From contig JACAFT010000003.1 of NCBI GenBank assembly GCA_013378375.1, forward strand, positions 1-55,068: a stretch of 55,068 bases of DNA, given 5' to 3'. Positions within the stretch are counted from its first letter, which is position 1, and each line of letters begins with the position of its first letter. Positions 17,892 to 27,452 of the stretch are shown here, one piece after another. Source of the stretch: Nitrososphaerota archaeon. Lineage in GTDB: Archaea; Thermoproteota; Nitrososphaeria; Nitrososphaerales; UBA57. The notes under the pieces were generated by a model. It searched no databases. It was given only the letters and a program-made list of their open reading frames with translations, and was not told the DNA's origin. The position numbers and the translations under genes were made by a program.

Positions 17892-20800
17892 TTAAGATAA
17901 ATCCCTCTTGTTATTGTTATAATTGGGAAGTATTCTTTCCATTGCTTTATTTATAATAAATGAAAGAATAATAATTATTGTAAATATTCCTGCGGTGATA
18001 AAAGTAATCATAGAATCTGATCTATACATGTTTACTTGGAGTTCCACATCGCCATTGGTAATTCTTTTTGTAATTTCTTCTTGTTCTCCTCTATATTCAA
18101 TAAAAAACTTGTAATTGCCTGGTGTAAGCTTATCAAAAACTGATTCTTCACTCGTTAGTGTCTTGTTTTGCACTTCACCAATCATTGTAATATCTGCATT
18201 ATTGATAATTCGATTGAATGGATCTCTTAATTCTACTGTTACTTTATAGGATTTTAGATATATTGTTATTTTATTTTCTGGTAAATTATCTTCTAGACTA
18301 TTAATTATTATTGTTATTATTAATCCTTCATCAATAATTTCTACTGGTATTGTCTTGTCGTTCATTGTTACTATTATTCTTGACGAATCTGATTCCATTT
18401 CAGAAAATAATGAGTTGGGAATTTTTATAATTGACATTAAATTATAATTCTCATTTTTTGCTATTGTTAATTGTATTGCATCGATTCTTTTTTGTTCTAT
18501 ATGACTAATTAACGACGACGTAGAAAGTATTTCAATTTTTGTGTCATCGAATTTTAATTCAGAAAATTCTGTTATCATGAAATCACTTTCTTTCGTTGTT
18601 ATTCTGAATTCTAACGATGATTTTGAAATAAGTGATGATTTTAATGTCCGTGTTTGTGGTTCAAAATCAATTATTTTCATTCCATATAGTTCAAAATTAG
18701 TTCCTAATTCTCCATTGATTATAATTGATATATATTCTAAATCTACTCCTTCTGAAAGCAAAATCATACTTACTGGATTTTGTGTTTTTACCATTCTGTC
18801 ATTATTTGACCATTGATAATTGCTTTTTGAACCGTTTGCAATGAAATTCTTGTTTGAATCTTGTACCTCTATGTTTACTATTCCATCTACCAGTATTATT
18901 GATCCAATACTAATCAAAGAATCTGAAAATCTATATTCATTGGTTATATCAACATTACAAATAGTTATACAATCGTAAATCAACGCTGATAAAACTCCAC
19001 CATGTTCTGGAATTGCAGCATACGCTAAACGAAAATTCAACTTTTCTTTTATGTTTATTGGCATTTCTATATCACTTGATATTATCATCGTAGAAGGTTC
19101 AATGACTAACCATTGATCATCTATGTTTGCCTCGACCCATGTTTTCATTAATGCACTAGGAACTTTATTGTCTGCAGATGAGCTCATTGTACCTATTACT
19201 GGTCTGACTTCTATTTCTAAAGATCTTAATAAACTTCCGAATAATATCTGCGACGTTCTGGAATCTCCTTCAATTTTATTTCCATTATTTATACAACCAC
19301 TTATTCCAAACTCTTCAACAATGTCGGATGCTTTTCTCATATTGACATCTTGTGCATTCTCAATTTTGTCTCCTACAAATTGCAAAATTACTTTTACTTT
19401 ATCTATTTCTAGTGCATTTTCATTTACTCTTGATTGTTCTAAAATTTCAGACGCACAAATTTTAACTTTCTCATCCGGTATCATTAGTTCATTCATTGTT
19501 GGCAGGTATTTTGCACCTAATACCTTTCCTATGTTGGCTATTTGTCTTTTATCATTCATCGAGAAAATTTTTAGTTCTTTATTAGCTTCTTTGTTATTGC
19601 TTCCAGTTTTTTCAAGAATTATGTTTATTGAACCTTCTCCTGTTCTAGTATAATTTACTGAAAATGCATAACTTGTTTCAGAATTTGGTTCCAAGTATAT
19701 CTCTTTTTCAGTTGGCCAGATGATCAATCCATTAATGTTCGTAGAAGTTTTAATTACTACATATCCTCCTCGAAGCTCTGTATTTGAAAGAGTCACCCAA
19801 ATTTGAGAACTTTCACCTTCAAATCCAGTATTTGACATTCTTATTGATTCTATCATGACCATTGGGAGTAAATCATATTGAATTTTTATGGTTAGGGGTT
19901 TGGTCACGATTAGATTTGTGGGGTTTGCTGTTCTCTGTTCTGATCCATCTGCCGATTCTATAACCCATTGCATGAACCCATATTCATCTACTTTTTTCGT
20001 TGCTTCTAGCTGTAATTCATATCCATCGTCTACCCATTCTTCATCAAAAGTCGTTACTAAATTAATTAAAAATGGAGGTTCTACTATTTTTGTTAATTTG
20101 TATTGTTTAATGTATTCTGCATAAATTGTTTTTGGACCATCTATCATTAAATCCAAATTAAATTGATCTGCTGTTATTGCTCCTGTCCATTTATTGAATC
20201 TATATCTTTCTCCCTCTGATATGTCAAGTATTTCTATTGTACTGAGAGTTATTATTGAATTTTCTTTATGCCATCCTGCTCCTTTGGCGTCAATTAAACC
20301 TAAAAATTCTCCAACTGGGGAAGTTCTTATGTTCAATAAAAATTCCCTGTCAAATTCTGCCGTGAATATCATTGATCCTTCAATTTCTAAAACTTTTTCA
20401 AGATTTACATCATCATCACTCCATGAATTAAATTTATATCTAGTTGAATCGTCTTCTGGTATTATTTCTTTGTCTAGTCGTATAGTCCAACTTGAACCTT
20501 GTTTAACTAGTTTTGTAAATGGGAGTTGTTCTGGTTGCTTTGTACAAACGTTTTCACATTCTCCTCCTGCTGTAGATCCGCATTTGACTGTTGTTGTTTC
20601 ATTACAGGTTAAAATAATTGTGGCAATATTGTCTCCATTTTCTTTGCTTGTTGAACCTATTGTTAACTCAAATAACTTTAGTATATCCAACCACACCGTA
20701 GCCGTTGTATCTGATTTTAGTGATGTTGCAGTTATAATGAGTGGAGTGGGTTCTGCTGGAGTTTCTGTTGTAGTTTTAATAAAAAGCTCAACTTCTTTTG

Positions 20801-22376
20801 TTTGTGACTGGTCTAATGGAACAGTTCTGTCTGAGAATGTAATTACTATGTCTTCTCTATTATCTAGGTTTGTTCTTAATTCAATTGTATCACTAAATCC
20901 TCCAACTGGTATTAGTACTAGTTTTATTCTTTCTGTGTCACCTTGCCACATTTGTAACTCAGCTTTACTAAGGCTTAATGTAAATTCTGCTATTGGAACT
21001 TCGACTGAAAAAGACGCACTGCTTGTTAGATCACCTGATTTTCCTTTGATTTGTACACTGTGAGTTCCTGGTTCTACGTTACTATCAATAAATACTGTTA
21101 CTGTTGTAGTTGTTGCCCCGTTAGCTTCAGGTGTTAGTTTATTTTCAAGAAAGGATAAAGTGATTCCAATTTCCATATTTTCATGACTTAATTCAACTTG
21201 TGAACTAAATCCGTCAGTTGATTGTATCGTTAAGGTTAGACTTTTTGAATCTCCTGCATTGATTTGATTTGCATCAGGCGTAATCGAGAGAAGAAATCCT
21301 CCTTTTACTGTAAGGACTAGGTTGTTTTCATCTTTCGCATAATTAGGTTTATCTGCATCTCCTCTTATTGTTATTGTTTCTGAAGTTTTGGCTGTAAATG
21401 TCCCACTAAATTTTCCATTTGCATCTGTTGTGCCTGTTACGTATGTTGCTAAATTTACAAATGTTCCATTTCCTCCTATTCTTTGTAATGTTACTGAAGC
21501 ATCACTTACAGGATTGCCTGATGAATCCGTTACTGTTGCTGTTATAGTTGTTGGTTGGAAAATTGTTAATGATGGTGAATCTGTTGAAAGAGTAATTGAT
21601 AAAGGATTTGATAAGATTTTTACTCTGAGACTTATAGTATGTTCAAGAGTACCAACTTTCCCTTTAAGATTTAATAATACACCGTCGCCATTTGCTTCAG
21701 CGTTACTGTTTGCGATTACTCTTACCGTTATTGTATCTTCTCCTCCTTCCGGCACATTTATATCTCCTATGTAAGTTATTGTGGCCCCTGTCATAGACAC
21801 TGATTCTAATTCAACTGGCCCTGAAAATCTTGTATCGACGTTGTTTGTATCCTTAGCTGATCTAATTGTTAGTGTTACGTCTTCTTGTTGACCAGGCCTT
21901 AATGATATCGTACTCTTGTCTGCCGTTATTTCAAAATCTGAAATATACAAAGTTATAGTTTTTTGCGCGTAATCTGTAGAATCTCCACTATTTACTGCTT
22001 TAATCGTTATTTGATAATTACCAGTTTGAGCTGAAAGTTGTGGTGTTAAAATTAATGTAGAATTTTTTGTTGTACTACCAAGAAGAAAATATTCAAAAGA
22101 TTGTTGTGACACAGAAGTGCTTAATCCTGTTGGCACTCCACTGATTTCAATACTTACTGTTCCATTGAACGATGAGGAAACTTCTCTTGATAATTCTATT
22201 CTTATTGATTTACTGCCTCCCTTTGTAACTGCAATTTCTGAAATTGTACTTGTTTGATCTAGTGTTTCAATATTTATATCAAAATTATTACTGCTGTCTA
22301 TATCTGCTGCAAATGCTGATGGAATCATAAATATAATTAAGGCGACCGATAAGCAACAAAGTAAGATATTTCTCAT
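17892..22376 (-). CDS. Giant secreted, C-terminally anchored multi-domain surface protein (Ig-like/Big, InlB-B-like repeats, CarboxypepD_reg-like module)
   Basis: 1494 aa. Signal peptide MRNILLCCLSVALIIFMIPSAFA. Ig-like segment TITATVTDSSGNPVSDASVTLQ. Repeats with YKFNSWSDD, YRFNKWTG and GFMQWV. The C-terminal VELRDPFNRIINNADI...LTPGNYKF is followed by a TM segment MITFITAGIFTIIIILSFII. Confidence 0.7.
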   Translation of the reverse strand: MRNILLCCLSVALIIFMIPSAFAADIDSSNNFDINIETLDQTSTISEIAVTKGGSKSIRIELSREVSSSFNGTVSIEISGVPTGLSTSVSQQSFEYFLLGSTTKNSTLILTPQLSAQTGNYQITIKAVNSGDSTDYAQKTITLYISDFEITADKSTISLRPGQQEDVTLTIRSAKDTNNVDTRFSGPVELESVSMTGATITYIGDINVPEGGEDTITVRVIANSNAEANGDGVLLNLKGKVGTLEHTISLRVKILSNPLSITLSTDSPSLTIFQPTTITATVTDSSGNPVSDASVTLQRIGGNGTFVNLATYVTGTTDANGKFSGTFTAKTSETITIRGDADKPNYAKDENNLVLTVKGGFLLSITPDANQINAGDSKSLTLTIQSTDGFSSQVELSHENMEIGITLSFLENKLTPEANGATTTTVTVFIDSNVEPGTHSVQIKGKSGDLTSSASFSVEVPIAEFTLSLSKAELQMWQGDTERIKLVLIPVGGFSDTIELRTNLDNREDIVITFSDRTVPLDQSQTKEVELFIKTTTETPAEPTPLIITATSLKSDTTATVWLDILKLFELTIGSTSKENGDNIATIILTCNETTTVKCGSTAGGECENVCTKQPEQLPFTKLVKQGSSWTIRLDKEIIPEDDSTRYKFNSWSDDDVNLEKVLEIEGSMIFTAEFDREFLLNIRTSPVGEFLGLIDAKGAGWHKENSIITLSTIEILDISEGERYRFNKWTGAITADQFNLDLMIDGPKTIYAEYIKQYKLTKIVEPPFLINLVTTFDEEWVDDGYELQLEATKKVDEYGFMQWVIESADGSEQRTANPTNLIVTKPLTIKIQYDLLPMVMIESIRMSNTGFEGESSQIWVTLSNTELRGGYVVIKTSTNINGLIIWPTEKEIYLEPNSETSYAFSVNYTRTGEGSINIILEKTGSNNKEANKELKIFSMNDKRQIANIGKVLGAKYLPTMNELMIPDEKVKICASEILEQSRVNENALEIDKVKVILQFVGDKIENAQDVNMRKASDIVEEFGISGCINNGNKIEGDSRTSQILFGSLLRSLEIEVRPVIGTMSSSADNKVPSALMKTWVEANIDDQWLVIEPSTMIISSDIEMPINIKEKLNFRLAYAAIPEHGGVLSALIYDCITICNVDITNEYRFSDSLISIGSIILVDGIVNIEVQDSNKNFIANGSKSNYQWSNNDRMVKTQNPVSMILLSEGVDLEYISIIINGELGTNFELYGMKIIDFEPQTRTLKSSLISKSSLEFRITTKESDFMITEFSELKFDDTKIEILSTSSLISHIEQKRIDAIQLTIAKNENYNLMSIIKIPNSLFSEMESDSSRIIVTMNDKTIPVEIIDEGLIITIIINSLEDNLPENKITIYLKSYKVTVELRDPFNRIINNADITMIGEVQNKTLTSEESVFDKLTPGNYKFFIEYRGEQEEITKRITNGDVELQVNMYRSDSMITFITAGIFTIIIILSFIINKAMERILPNYNNNKRDLS

Positions 22377-22395
22377 TGATATATTTCTACACTAA

Positions 22396-23778
22396 TTATA
22401 TTAATTCTTTAATGAAATTAATCAAGCTTTCTTTCTTAACGAGTTCCTCTTTTCCAGTTTTTAGGTCCTTTACTCTATATTTCCCGTCAACTAGTTCTTT
22501 TTTCCCCGCTATTATTACTATTGTTGCATTGTTTGCTTCCGCAAATTTAACATGTTTCCTGAAATCGTTCGCTACGAGAAAAGTTGTTGGTACATTGTTA
22601 TTTCGTAATTTTTTAATTAATGCCTGTGCATTATCATTTGTATGTTCTCCTTCAATCTCTTCATCATCTATTACTACCACTAATTTTTCTTTTTCATCAT
22701 GCTTACTTATTGATTCCATCATTCTTTCAACTCCTCCTGCTATTCCAATTGCGGATAAATTTGGTGGACCTGAAAAACTCTCGAGTAAACGACTATATTC
22801 TCCTCCTCCTGCTATTGAACCGATATCTTTATTGTTTAAATCAACTATCTCAAACACAAAACCATCGTAGTAATCCATACCCCTTACTAATCCCAAGTCA
22901 TATTCAAGATTTTCTATATCTTTTGTTAAATTAAATTTTCCTTTTCCCAATCTAGATGATATAAAATTCTCCAAAAAACTTTCCATATTTTGTTCTTTAT
23001 TTTTTTCGTCTACCATTATTCCTGATTCTTTGAATATTATTTTGACTTCTTGTTTGATTTTTTCTATATCATTTGATTTAATATTTCCAAATCTAATTAA
23101 TATTTCAGCTTTTTCTTTTTTTAATCCAATTTCAATTGCTTCGTCAATTATTTGTTTTTCTGATTTTTTCCCAATCTTATCTAATAATCTTAGTGTAGAT
23201 GTTACTTGTTGGAGTTTATTTTCTGATGATCTAAATGAATCAACATTTTGTCCGTATAACAATCTACTCACAAACTCTTCTGCTATCTCTATGTTTCCTA
23301 ATTTTATTTTAAAATTATTTATTCCAATTTTGTTGAGTAAAGATGTTGTAAAATTAAGCAACTCAATAACCCATTCTTCTGATTCTCCGCTTGTATGATA
23401 AATTTCTGCGTTCCATTGATGAAACCATCTGTATCTACCTTTTTGCGGTTCGTCATAGCGGAACATGTCTCCAAACGTTCCTACTCTGAAAGGTCTTCGT
23501 AAATCCTTTTTACCGGCTATATGACGTGTTGTTCCAACTGTTAGATCAAATCTTAGTCCAAGATTCCTTTCCTTTTTGTCCTTGAAATGGTATATTTCAT
23601 CCTTTATCCCGGAACCACTCTTTACCTCTAAAGTCTCAAGCATTTCTATCGGAGATGGCATGAACATCTTGAAACCAAATAACTTGCACGTTTCATTGAA
23701 CGCACTTCTTATCTTCTCAATTTTGATATATTCTTTATCTTCTATGTCTCTCATTCCTCTTGGTAATCTAAAACTCAA
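22396..23778 (-). CDS. hisS: Histidine--tRNA ligase
   Basis: 460 aa. LPRGMRD, FRYDEPQKGRYRWFHQWNAEI, GGGEYSRL and the C-terminal anticodon-binding domain pattern. Confidence 0.9.
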   Translation of the reverse strand: MSFRLPRGMRDIEDKEYIKIEKIRSAFNETCKLFGFKMFMPSPIEMLETLEVKSGSGIKDEIYHFKDKKERNLGLRFDLTVGTTRHIAGKKDLRRPFRVGTFGDMFRYDEPQKGRYRWFHQWNAEIYHTSGESEEWVIELLNFTTSLLNKIGINNFKIKLGNIEIAEEFVSRLLYGQNVDSFRSSENKLQQVTSTLRLLDKIGKKSEKQIIDEAIEIGLKKEKAEILIRFGNIKSNDIEKIKQEVKIIFKESGIMVDEKNKEQNMESFLENFISSRLGKGKFNLTKDIENLEYDLGLVRGMDYYDGFVFEIVDLNNKDIGSIAGGGEYSRLLESFSGPPNLSAIGIAGGVERMMESISKHDEKEKLVVVIDDEEIEGEHTNDNAQALIKKLRNNNVPTTFLVANDFRKHVKFAEANNATIVIIAGKKELVDGKYRVKDLKTGKEELVKKESLINFIKELI

Positions 23779-23885
23779 ACATCAACACTTTCCTACCATA
23801 ACAATCTGATTTACCAGTTAATTGTACTTGTATGATATATATTGAACTGAATAACTATTTATTAATGAATGTCTAAAATTTAGTT

Positions 23886-24137
23886 ATGTCTGAAGAAGAT
23901 ATTCCTGATAAACCAAATCGAGTTATTGATATGCAAGGACTTTTGTGTCCAGAACCTGTTTTTCGAACACGGCAAAATATTCAGGATATGAAAGAAGGAG
24001 AAATCTTAGAAGTACTTGCTGACGATCCTGTTGCAGAAGAGGATATTACATCTTGGGTAAAGAAATCAGGAAATGAATTACTTTTCTTTAATAAACGTGA
24101 AAAATTACTTAAATTTTTAATTCGTAAAGTTAAATAG
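23886..24137 (+). CDS. tusA: TusA/SirA-family sulfur-carrier protein
   Basis: 83 aa. DMQGLLCPEPVFRTRQNI...GEILEVLADDPVAEEDI carries the CPxP active-site motif. Confidence 0.8.
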   Translation: MSEEDIPDKPNRVIDMQGLLCPEPVFRTRQNIQDMKEGEILEVLADDPVAEEDITSWVKKSGNELLFFNKREKLLKFLIRKVK

Positions 24138-24168
24138 TGTTTTTTTAATTCGTAAGGTTAAATAGTGT
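24117..24168. repeat. Direct duplication of the 3' end of the tusA-like gene (24 nt, 1 mismatch, 28-nt period)
   Basis: ttaattcgtaaagttaaatagtgt (24117-24140) and ttaattcgtaaggttaaatagtgt (24145-24168) are separated by tttt. The first copy contains the stop codon. Confidence 0.85.
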
Positions 24169-24173
24169 AACTT

Positions 24174-25925
24174 TTGCAATTATTCCTACTGATGGCTAGG
24201 GAAGAAGTTATTTTACGAGTTGGAGGAGCTGCTGGGGATGGTATTGCATCCACTGGTGAGTCGTTTGCAAAAATTTGTTCTCGCAGTGGTTTACATCTTC
24301 TTGCGTACAATAGCTATCAATCAGTAATAAGAGGTGGATTTATTTATCTACAACTTCGGGCAGGACGTAATAAAATACTTTCTCATGGTAATAAGGTGGA
24401 TTTTCTTATTGCATTAAATCCAGTTGAATTTCAACGAAATATTGTTGATGTTGGAGCTGGCGGTGCTGTCTTATATAACGCTGATAAAATAAAACCTGAT
24501 GAAGAAACAATTCCCAAGGATGTAATTCTTTGTCCATTACCTGTAAATGAAATATTGAAAGATATTGGCAAAAACCCTATACTCCAAAATACAGTAGCAT
24601 TGAGTGCAGTTGTACAATTACTTAATCTTGATCTAGATGTTATGAAAGGAGTTATTAGTGACTATTTTGGGAAAAAGAAACAATCTGTTATGGAAATTAA
24701 TCTTCAGGTTTGTGAAGCAGGTTATAATTATTCTCAATCTAACCTTCCAAAATTTGATTTTAATCTTAATCCGAATTATGATCTAAGAAGACCTGTTCTT
24801 ACCGGTAATCAAGCACTTGCCTTTGGTTCTGTTTTAGCTGGTTGTAAATTCTATGCTGCATATCCAATGACTCCTGCATCTTCAATTTTACATTGGTTAA
24901 CTGCACATTCTAAAGAAACCGGTATGGTTGTTAAACAAGCTGAAGATGAGATTTCAGTTATTAATATGGCAATTGGTTCTTCATTTGCTGGTGCACGTTC
25001 TATGGTTGGAACATCAGGAGGAGGCTTTGCTTTAATGTCTGAAGCTATTGGATTAGCTGGTCAGACCGAAACACCTTTAGTAATAATTAATTCTATGCGC
25101 GGTGGTCCATCAACAGGTCTTCCAACAAAAACAGAGCAAGGCGATCTTTTTCAAGCAATTGGTGCGTCGCAAGGAGATTTTCCTAAAGTCATAGTTGCAC
25201 CATCAACAGTTGAAGATTGTTATTATTCTGTAATTGAAGCTTTTAATTTAGCCGATCAATTTCAAATTCCTGTTATTATTCTTTCTGATTTGTTTTTATC
25301 TGAGCATATGGAATCTATAGAAGATTTAGATTTTAATAGTAAAATTAATCGCGGGGACATTATTACTTCAGATACTTCCAACGGTGATTATAAAAGATTC
25401 AAATATACTGACAATGGCGTATCTCCTCGTGCATTTCCTGGTACCGCTGGTACTATATTTCAGGCTAGTAGCGATGAACATGACGATTATGGGAATATAA
25501 TTAGTGATGTATTTACTGATCCTGAGATTCGTACGAAGATTATGCTTAAACGTATGAGAAAAATGAAATTTATTCAAGAAACCCTTTCAGCTCCTAAATT
25601 GGAAGGTCCTGATAATGCCGATCTTACAGTTGTAAGTTGGGGTTCTACCTATAATGTTGTTCATGAAGCAATTGAAATACTTCGCACTAAGAACAAAAAT
25701 GTTAATCACCTTCATATAAAATATTTAATCCCTTTACATAAAGAAATTGGCGAAATACTTTCTCGTAGTAAAAATACTCTTGTAGTAGAAGTAAATTATA
25801 GTGGACAACTCTCTAAACTCATTTCAATGGAAACTGGTTTTCAAATCAACCATACTCTTTTTAAATATGACGGGGAGCCTTTTTATCCAGAACAGATAAT
25901 AGATAAAGTAGAGGATTTGATTTAG
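24174..25925 (+). CDS. 2-oxoacid:ferredoxin oxidoreductase, fused gamma-alpha subunit
   Basis: 583 aa. ILRVGGAAGDGIASTGE (gamma-like N-terminus), then AAYPMTPASSI and GTSGGGFALMSEA (alpha). The likely true start is the ATG at 24192 (MAREEV...). Confidence 0.88.
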   Translation: MQLFLLMAREEVILRVGGAAGDGIASTGESFAKICSRSGLHLLAYNSYQSVIRGGFIYLQLRAGRNKILSHGNKVDFLIALNPVEFQRNIVDVGAGGAVLYNADKIKPDEETIPKDVILCPLPVNEILKDIGKNPILQNTVALSAVVQLLNLDLDVMKGVISDYFGKKKQSVMEINLQVCEAGYNYSQSNLPKFDFNLNPNYDLRRPVLTGNQALAFGSVLAGCKFYAAYPMTPASSILHWLTAHSKETGMVVKQAEDEISVINMAIGSSFAGARSMVGTSGGGFALMSEAIGLAGQTETPLVIINSMRGGPSTGLPTKTEQGDLFQAIGASQGDFPKVIVAPSTVEDCYYSVIEAFNLADQFQIPVIILSDLFLSEHMESIEDLDFNSKINRGDIITSDTSNGDYKRFKYTDNGVSPRAFPGTAGTIFQASSDEHDDYGNIISDVFTDPEIRTKIMLKRMRKMKFIQETLSAPKLEGPDNADLTVVSWGSTYNVVHEAIEILRTKNKNVNHLHIKYLIPLHKEIGEILSRSKNTLVVEVNYSGQLSKLISMETGFQINHTLFKYDGEPFYPEQIIDKVEDLI

Positions 25926-26801
25926 TTGGTATTAGAACCCATTAAAATTGAAGACTATAAATCAGATATAACACCTGATTGGTGCCCTGGTTGTGGTGAT
26001 TTTGCAGTTTTACGTGGTGTTCATACTGCACTAGCTCGGCTGAAAATTAAATCCGAAAATGTTGTTATAACTTCTGGAATTGGTTGTTCATCAAACTTGC
26101 CTGGTTATGTAAATGCTTATGGATTTCATGGAATTCATGGTAGATCTCTTCCTGTAGCTACTGGAATTAAACTTGCTAATACTGATCTCACTGTTATTGC
26201 GGCCGGCGGAGATGGAGATGGATATGGAATTGGTTTGGGGCATTTTATTCACTCAATGAGACGTAATATTAATATTACATATATTGTCATGAATAATCAG
26301 ATTTACGGATTGACAACTGGTCAAGCATCACCAACTAGTGAGAGAGGAATGCTTACAAAATCCACGCCCTCTGGCTTATTAGAAGTTCCAGTTAATCCTA
26401 TTGCGCTGGGTTTGATTTCCGGTGCTACATATATATCAAGAGGTTTTTCTGGTACTGCCGAACAACTCTCTACTATAATTCAAAATGCTATTGCACACAA
26501 TGGTTTTTCTTTAGTTGATGTTCTTAGTCCGTGTGTCACTTATAATAAAATCCAAACTTATCAATGGTTTAGAGATCGTGTTTACAAATTAGAAGATGAA
26601 GATCACGATGTTACTAATCTTGAACAAGCACTAAAAAAATCTCATGAGTGGGATGTAAAAATTCCAACTGGTGTATTCTATCAGGTTGAAAAACCTACTT
26701 ATGATTCTGACGAACCTGTATTGAAAAATGGACCCTTGGTTAAACAGCCATTCGACGAAGGTCAACATATTGCTAAGGAATTATTAGACGAATTCACCTG
26801 A
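25926..26801 (+). CDS. 2-oxoacid:ferredoxin oxidoreductase, beta (TPP-binding) subunit
   Basis: 291 aa. WCPGCGDF, GIGCSS, GGDGDGYGIG and NNQIYGLTTGQ. It starts immediately after the alpha-subunit stop. Confidence 0.9.
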   Translation: MVLEPIKIEDYKSDITPDWCPGCGDFAVLRGVHTALARLKIKSENVVITSGIGCSSNLPGYVNAYGFHGIHGRSLPVATGIKLANTDLTVIAAGGDGDGYGIGLGHFIHSMRRNINITYIVMNNQIYGLTTGQASPTSERGMLTKSTPSGLLEVPVNPIALGLISGATYISRGFSGTAEQLSTIIQNAIAHNGFSLVDVLSPCVTYNKIQTYQWFRDRVYKLEDEDHDVTNLEQALKKSHEWDVKIPTGVFYQVEKPTYDSDEPVLKNGPLVKQPFDEGQHIAKELLDEFT

Positions 26802-26822
26802 TTATGATATATTATTTTTTTA

Positions 26823-27452
26823 TTAATTCTTTATGACTTCATTATATTGAAAAATTTCTGAAAAATTTTTTATCACGCTTGATTTTATCTCCTTTGAAGA
26901 TATTGTTTTATTGTTATTGAGTTTTATTGAAGTCATAATCTGACCGTCAAATCCACAAGGTCTAATCATATTGAATTTATCCAAGTCAGTGTTGATATTC
27001 AAACTAAATCCGTGGTATGTTATCCAGTTTTTTACCGATAATCCAATTGAAGCAATCTTTTTTTGATCAATCCATATTCCTGGACTTTCTTTTCGTTCTG
27101 CAGGAATATTAAATTCTCTTAAGGTTGTGATTAATATTTCATGAATCTTTGTAATAAGCACAGGAATTGTTATTCCTTTTTTCTTTAAATCCATTATGAT
27201 ATATCCAATTAATTGACCTGGTCCATGGTATGTTGCACGACCTCCCCTGTCTATTTTTACAATTGGTATTGACTGTTCAATTACATCTTTGTCCTTTGTT
27301 TGTTTTCCTAATGTTATTACATCCGGATGCTCAAGTAGTAATAATGTATCTGGAATGGAATTATTCATTCTTTCTTTTACTAATTTTTTTTGCAATTTGA
27401 GTGCATATTGATATTTTACTAATCCCAATTCCAAAATATTTAGATTGTTCAT
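26823..27452 (-). CDS. lipB: Octanoyl/lipoyl transferase
   Basis: 209 aa. LLLEHPDVITLG, RGGRATYHGPGQL, SIGLSV and HGFSLN. Confidence 0.85.
   Translation of the reverse strand: MNNLNILELGLVKYQYALKLQKKLVKERMNNSIPDTLLLLEHPDVITLGKQTKDKDVIEQSIPIVKIDRGGRATYHGPGQLIGYIIMDLKKKGITIPVLITKIHEILITTLREFNIPAERKESPGIWIDQKKIASIGLSVKNWITYHGFSLNINTDLDKFNMIRPCGFDGQIMTSIKLNNNKTISSKEIKSSVIKNFSEIFQYNEVIKN

Noticed and set aside
19123-21774. Several plus-strand ORFs of 128-289 aa (19123-19653, 20194-21063, 21388-21774)
   Set aside because: All are antisense shadows inside the 1494-aa surface-protein gene. They are Ser/Leu/Phe/Ile-rich and lack motifs.
22376-23398. Plus-strand ORFs 22376-22870, 22620-22934 and 23030-23398
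   Set aside because: They are antisense to hisS, whose identity is unambiguous.
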